Positions 60,701 to 64,000 of a stretch of DNA of 64,000 nucleotides are shown here, one piece after another. Under the pieces are notes generated by a model. It ran no database searches. It was given only the letters and a program-made list of their open reading frames with translations, and was not told the origin of the DNA. Source of the DNA: Squalus acanthias (taxonomy: Eukaryota). Position 1 is the stretch's first letter. Each line of letters starts with the position of its first letter. Made by a program: the position numbers and the translations under genes. The stretch covers positions 63,862,001 through 63,926,000 of the forward strand of contig CM059432.1 in assembly GCA_030390025.1 (NCBI GenBank). The letters are read 5' to 3'.

Positions 60701-63700
60701 AGTGAGGGGGGATTAGAGAGGTGAGAATCTCACTGAGGGGGGATTAGAGGGGTGAGTGTCTCAGTGAGGGGGGATTAGAGGGGTGAGTGTCTCAGTGAGG
60801 GGGATGAGAGGGGGTGAGTCTCTCAGTGAGGGTGTTTAGAGGGGTGAGTGTCCCAGTGAGGGGGGATTAGAGGGCTGAGTGTCTCAGTGAGGGGAGATTA
60901 GAGTGCTGAGTGTCTCAGTGAGGGGAGATTAGAGGGGTGAGTGTCTCAGTGAGGGGGGATTAGAGGGGTGAGTGTCCCAGTGAGGGGGGATTAGAGGGGT
61001 GAGTGTCACAGTGATGGGGGGATTAGAGGGGGTGAGTGTCTCAGTGAGGGGGGATTAGAGGGGTGAGTCTCTCAGTGAGGGGGGATTAGAGGGGGTGAGT
61101 GTCTCAGTGAGGGGGGATTAGAGGGGTGAGTGTCTCAGTGAGAGGGGATTAGAGGGGTGAGTGTCCCAGTGAGGGGGGATTAGAGGGGTGAGTGTCTCAG
61201 TGAGGGAGGATGAGAGGGGTGAATGTCTCATTGAGGTGGATTAGTGGGGGTGAGTGTCACAGTGAGGGGGGATTAGAGGGGTGAGTGTCTCAGTGAGGAG
61301 GAATTAGAGGGGGTAAGTGTCTCAGTGAGGGGGGATTAGAGAGGTGAGTGTCTCAGTGAGGGAGGATGAGAGGGGTGAGTGTCTCATTGAGGTGGATTAG
61401 TGGGGGTGAGTGTCACAGTGAGGGGGATTAGAGGGGTGAGTGTCTCAGTGAGGAGGTATTAGAGGGGGTAAGTGTCTCAGTGAGGGGGGATTAGAGGGGT
61501 GAGTGACTCAGTGAGGGGGGATTAGAGGGCTGAGTGTCTCAGTGAGGGTGGATTAGAGGGGTGAGTGTCTCAGTGAGGGGGGATTAGAGGGGTGAGTGTC
61601 TCAGTGAGGAGGTATTAGAGGGTGTAAGTGTCTCAGTGAGGGGGGATTAGAGGGGTGAGTGTCTCAGAGAAGGGGGATTAGAGGGGTGAGTGTCTCAGTG
61701 AGGGGGGATTAGAGGGGTGAGTGTCTCAGAGAGGGGGCATTAGAGGGGTGAGTGTCCCAGTGAGGGGGGATTAGAGGGGTGAGTGTCTCAGTGAGGATGG
61801 ATTAGAGGGGTGAGTGTCTCAGTGAGGGAGGATGAGAGGGGTGAGTGTCTCATTGAGGTGGATTAGAGGGGTGAGTGTCTCAGTGAGGGGGGATTAGAGG
61901 GGTGAGTGTCTCAGTGAGGGGGATGAGAGGGGGTGAGTGTCTCAGTGAGGGGGTTTAGAGGGGTGAGTGTCTCAGTGAGGGGGATTAGAGGGGTGAGTGT
62001 CCCAGTGAGGGGGGATTAGAGGGCTGAGTGTCTCAGTGAGGGGAGATTAGAGGGCTGAGTGGCTCAGTGAGGGGGGATTAGAGGGGTGAGTGTCTCAGTG
62101 AGGGGGGATTAGAGGGGTGAGTGTCACAGTGAGGGGGGATTAGAGGGGTGAGTGTCACAGTGATGGGGGGATTAGAGGGGTGAGTGTCCCAGTGAGGGGG
62201 GATTAGAGAGGTGAGAATCTCACTGAGGGGGGATTAGAGGGGTGAGTGTCTCAGTGAGGGGGGATTAGAGGGGTGAGTGTCTCAGTGAGGGGGATGAGAG
62301 GGGGTGAGTGTCTCAGTGAGGGGGCATTAGAGGGGGTGAGTGTCCCAGTGAGGGGGGATTAGAGGGGTGAGTGTCTCAGTGAGGGGGGATTAGAGGGGTG
62401 AGTGTCTCAGTGAGGGGGATGAGAGGGGGTGAGTGTCTCAGTGAGGGGGATGAGAGGGGGTGAGTGTCTCAGTGAGGGGGATTAGAGGGGTGAGTGTCTC
62501 AGTGAGGGGGGATTAGAGGGGTGAGTGTCTCAGTGAGGGGGATGAGAGGGGGTGAGTCTCTCAGTGAGGGTGTTTAGAGGGGTGAGTGTCCCAGTGAGGG
62601 GGGATTAGAGGGCTGAGTGTCTCAGTGAGGGGAGATTAGAGTGCTGAGTGTCTCAGTGAGGGGAGATTAGAGGGGTGAGTGTCTCAGTGAGGGGGGATTA
62701 GAGGGGTGAGTGTCCCAGTGAGGGGGGATTAGAGGGGTGAGTGTCACAGTGATGGGGGGATTAGAGGGGGTGAGTGTCTCAGTGAGGGGGATTAGAGGGG
62801 TGAGTCTCTCAGTGAGGGGGGATTAGAGGGGGTGAGTGTCTCAGTGAGGGGGGATTAGAGGGGTGAGTGTCCCAGTGAGGGGGGATTAGAGGGGTGAGTG
62901 TCTCAGTGAGGGAGGATGAGAGGGGTGAATGTCTCATTGAGGTGGATTAGTGGGGGTGAGTGTCACAGTGAGGGGGGATTAGAGGGGTGAGTGTCTCAGT
63001 GAGGAGGAATTAGAGGGGGTAAGTGTCTCAGTGAGGGGGGATTAGAGAGGTGAGTGTCTCAGTGAGGGAGGATGAGAGGGGTGAGTGTCTCATTGAGGTG
63101 GATTAGTGGGGGTGAGTGTCACAGTGAGGGGGGATTAGAGGGGTGAGTGTCTCAGTGAGGAGGTATTAGAGGGGGTAAGTGTCTCAGTGAGGGGGGATTA
63201 GAGGGGTGAGTGACTCAGTGAGGGGGGATTAGAGGGGTGAGTGTCTCAGTGAGGGTGGATTAGAGGGGTGAGTGTCTCAGTGAGGGGGGATTAGAGGGGT
63301 GAGTGTCTCAGTGAGGGGAATGAGAGGGGGTGAGTGTCTCAGTGAGGGGGATTAGAGGGGTGAGTATCTCAGTGAGGGGGATTAGAGGGGTGAGTGTCTC
63401 AGTGAGGGGGATTAGAGGGGTGAGTGTCTCAGTGAGGGGGATTAGAGGGGTGAGTGTCTCAGTGAGGGGGATGAGAGGGGGTGAGTGTCTCAGTGAGGGG
63501 GGATTAGAGGGGTGAGTGTCTCAGTGAGGGGGATTAGAGGGGTGAGTGTCCCAGTGAGGGGGGATTAGAGGGGTGAGTGTCTCAGTGAGGGGGGATTAGA
63601 GGGGTGAGTGTCTCAGTGAGGGGGGATTAGAGGGGTGACTGTCTCAGTGAGGGGGGATGAGAGGGGTGAGTGTCCCAGTGAGGGGGGATTAGAGGGGTGA

Positions 63701-64000
63701 GTGTCACAGTGAAGGGGGGATTAGAGGGGGTGAGTGTCTCAGTGAGGGGGGATTAGAGGGGGTGAGTGTCTCAGTGAGGGGGGATTAGAGGGGTGAGTGT
63801 CTCAGTGAGAGGGGATTAGAGGGGTGAGTGTCCCAGTGAGGGGGGATTAGAGGGGTGAGTGTCTCAGTGAGGATGGATTAGAGGGGTGAGTGTCTCAGTG
63901 AGGGAGGATGAGAGGGGTGAGTGTCTCATTGAGGTGGATTAGTGGGGGTGAGTGTCACAGTGAGGGGGGATTAGAGGGGTGAGTGTCTCAGTGAGGAGGA
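57735..64000. repeat. G-rich minisatellite, unit ~31 bp (ATTAGAGGGGTGAGTGTCTCAGTGAGGGGGG), about 200 copies, continues past the window
   Basis: Direct reading; units vary by 1-2 bp through G-run length and recurrent variant units. Confidence 0.99.

Noticed and set aside
63330..63515. ORF with SVSVRGIRGV repeats
   Set aside because: A by-product of consecutive 30-bp minisatellite units.
57735..64000. Telomeric array
   Set aside because: The unit contains TTAGAGGG, not tandem TTAGGG.

Overview
Eukaryotic, transposon-saturated non-coding DNA. The repeat families (CR1-clade and L2 LINEs, a Deu-domain SINE, many PIF/Harbinger elements) point to a cartilaginous fish (shark/ray); this is inference, not a database result. 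I found no host-gene exon, RNA gene or CRISPR array that I can support. The centrepiece is a structurally complete two-gene PIF/Harbinger transposon (30083-34287). It carries an open 386-aa DDE transposase on the minus strand and a convergent three-exon Myb/SANT-like gene that splices by hand into an open 460-aa frame. The window also holds at least five decayed Harbinger relatives and many Harbinger-type MITEs with 3-bp TSDs. Other elements: hAT and pogo/Tigger-type MITEs, four solo LTRs with perfect TSDs, nested LINEs (one flanked by a ~97-bp direct repeat), and a >6.2-kb G-rich ~31-bp minisatellite with higher-order structure running off the right edge. I cannot claim a new biological system; the best leads concern Harbinger architecture and unusual insertion products. 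Boundaries without a TSD are approximate.
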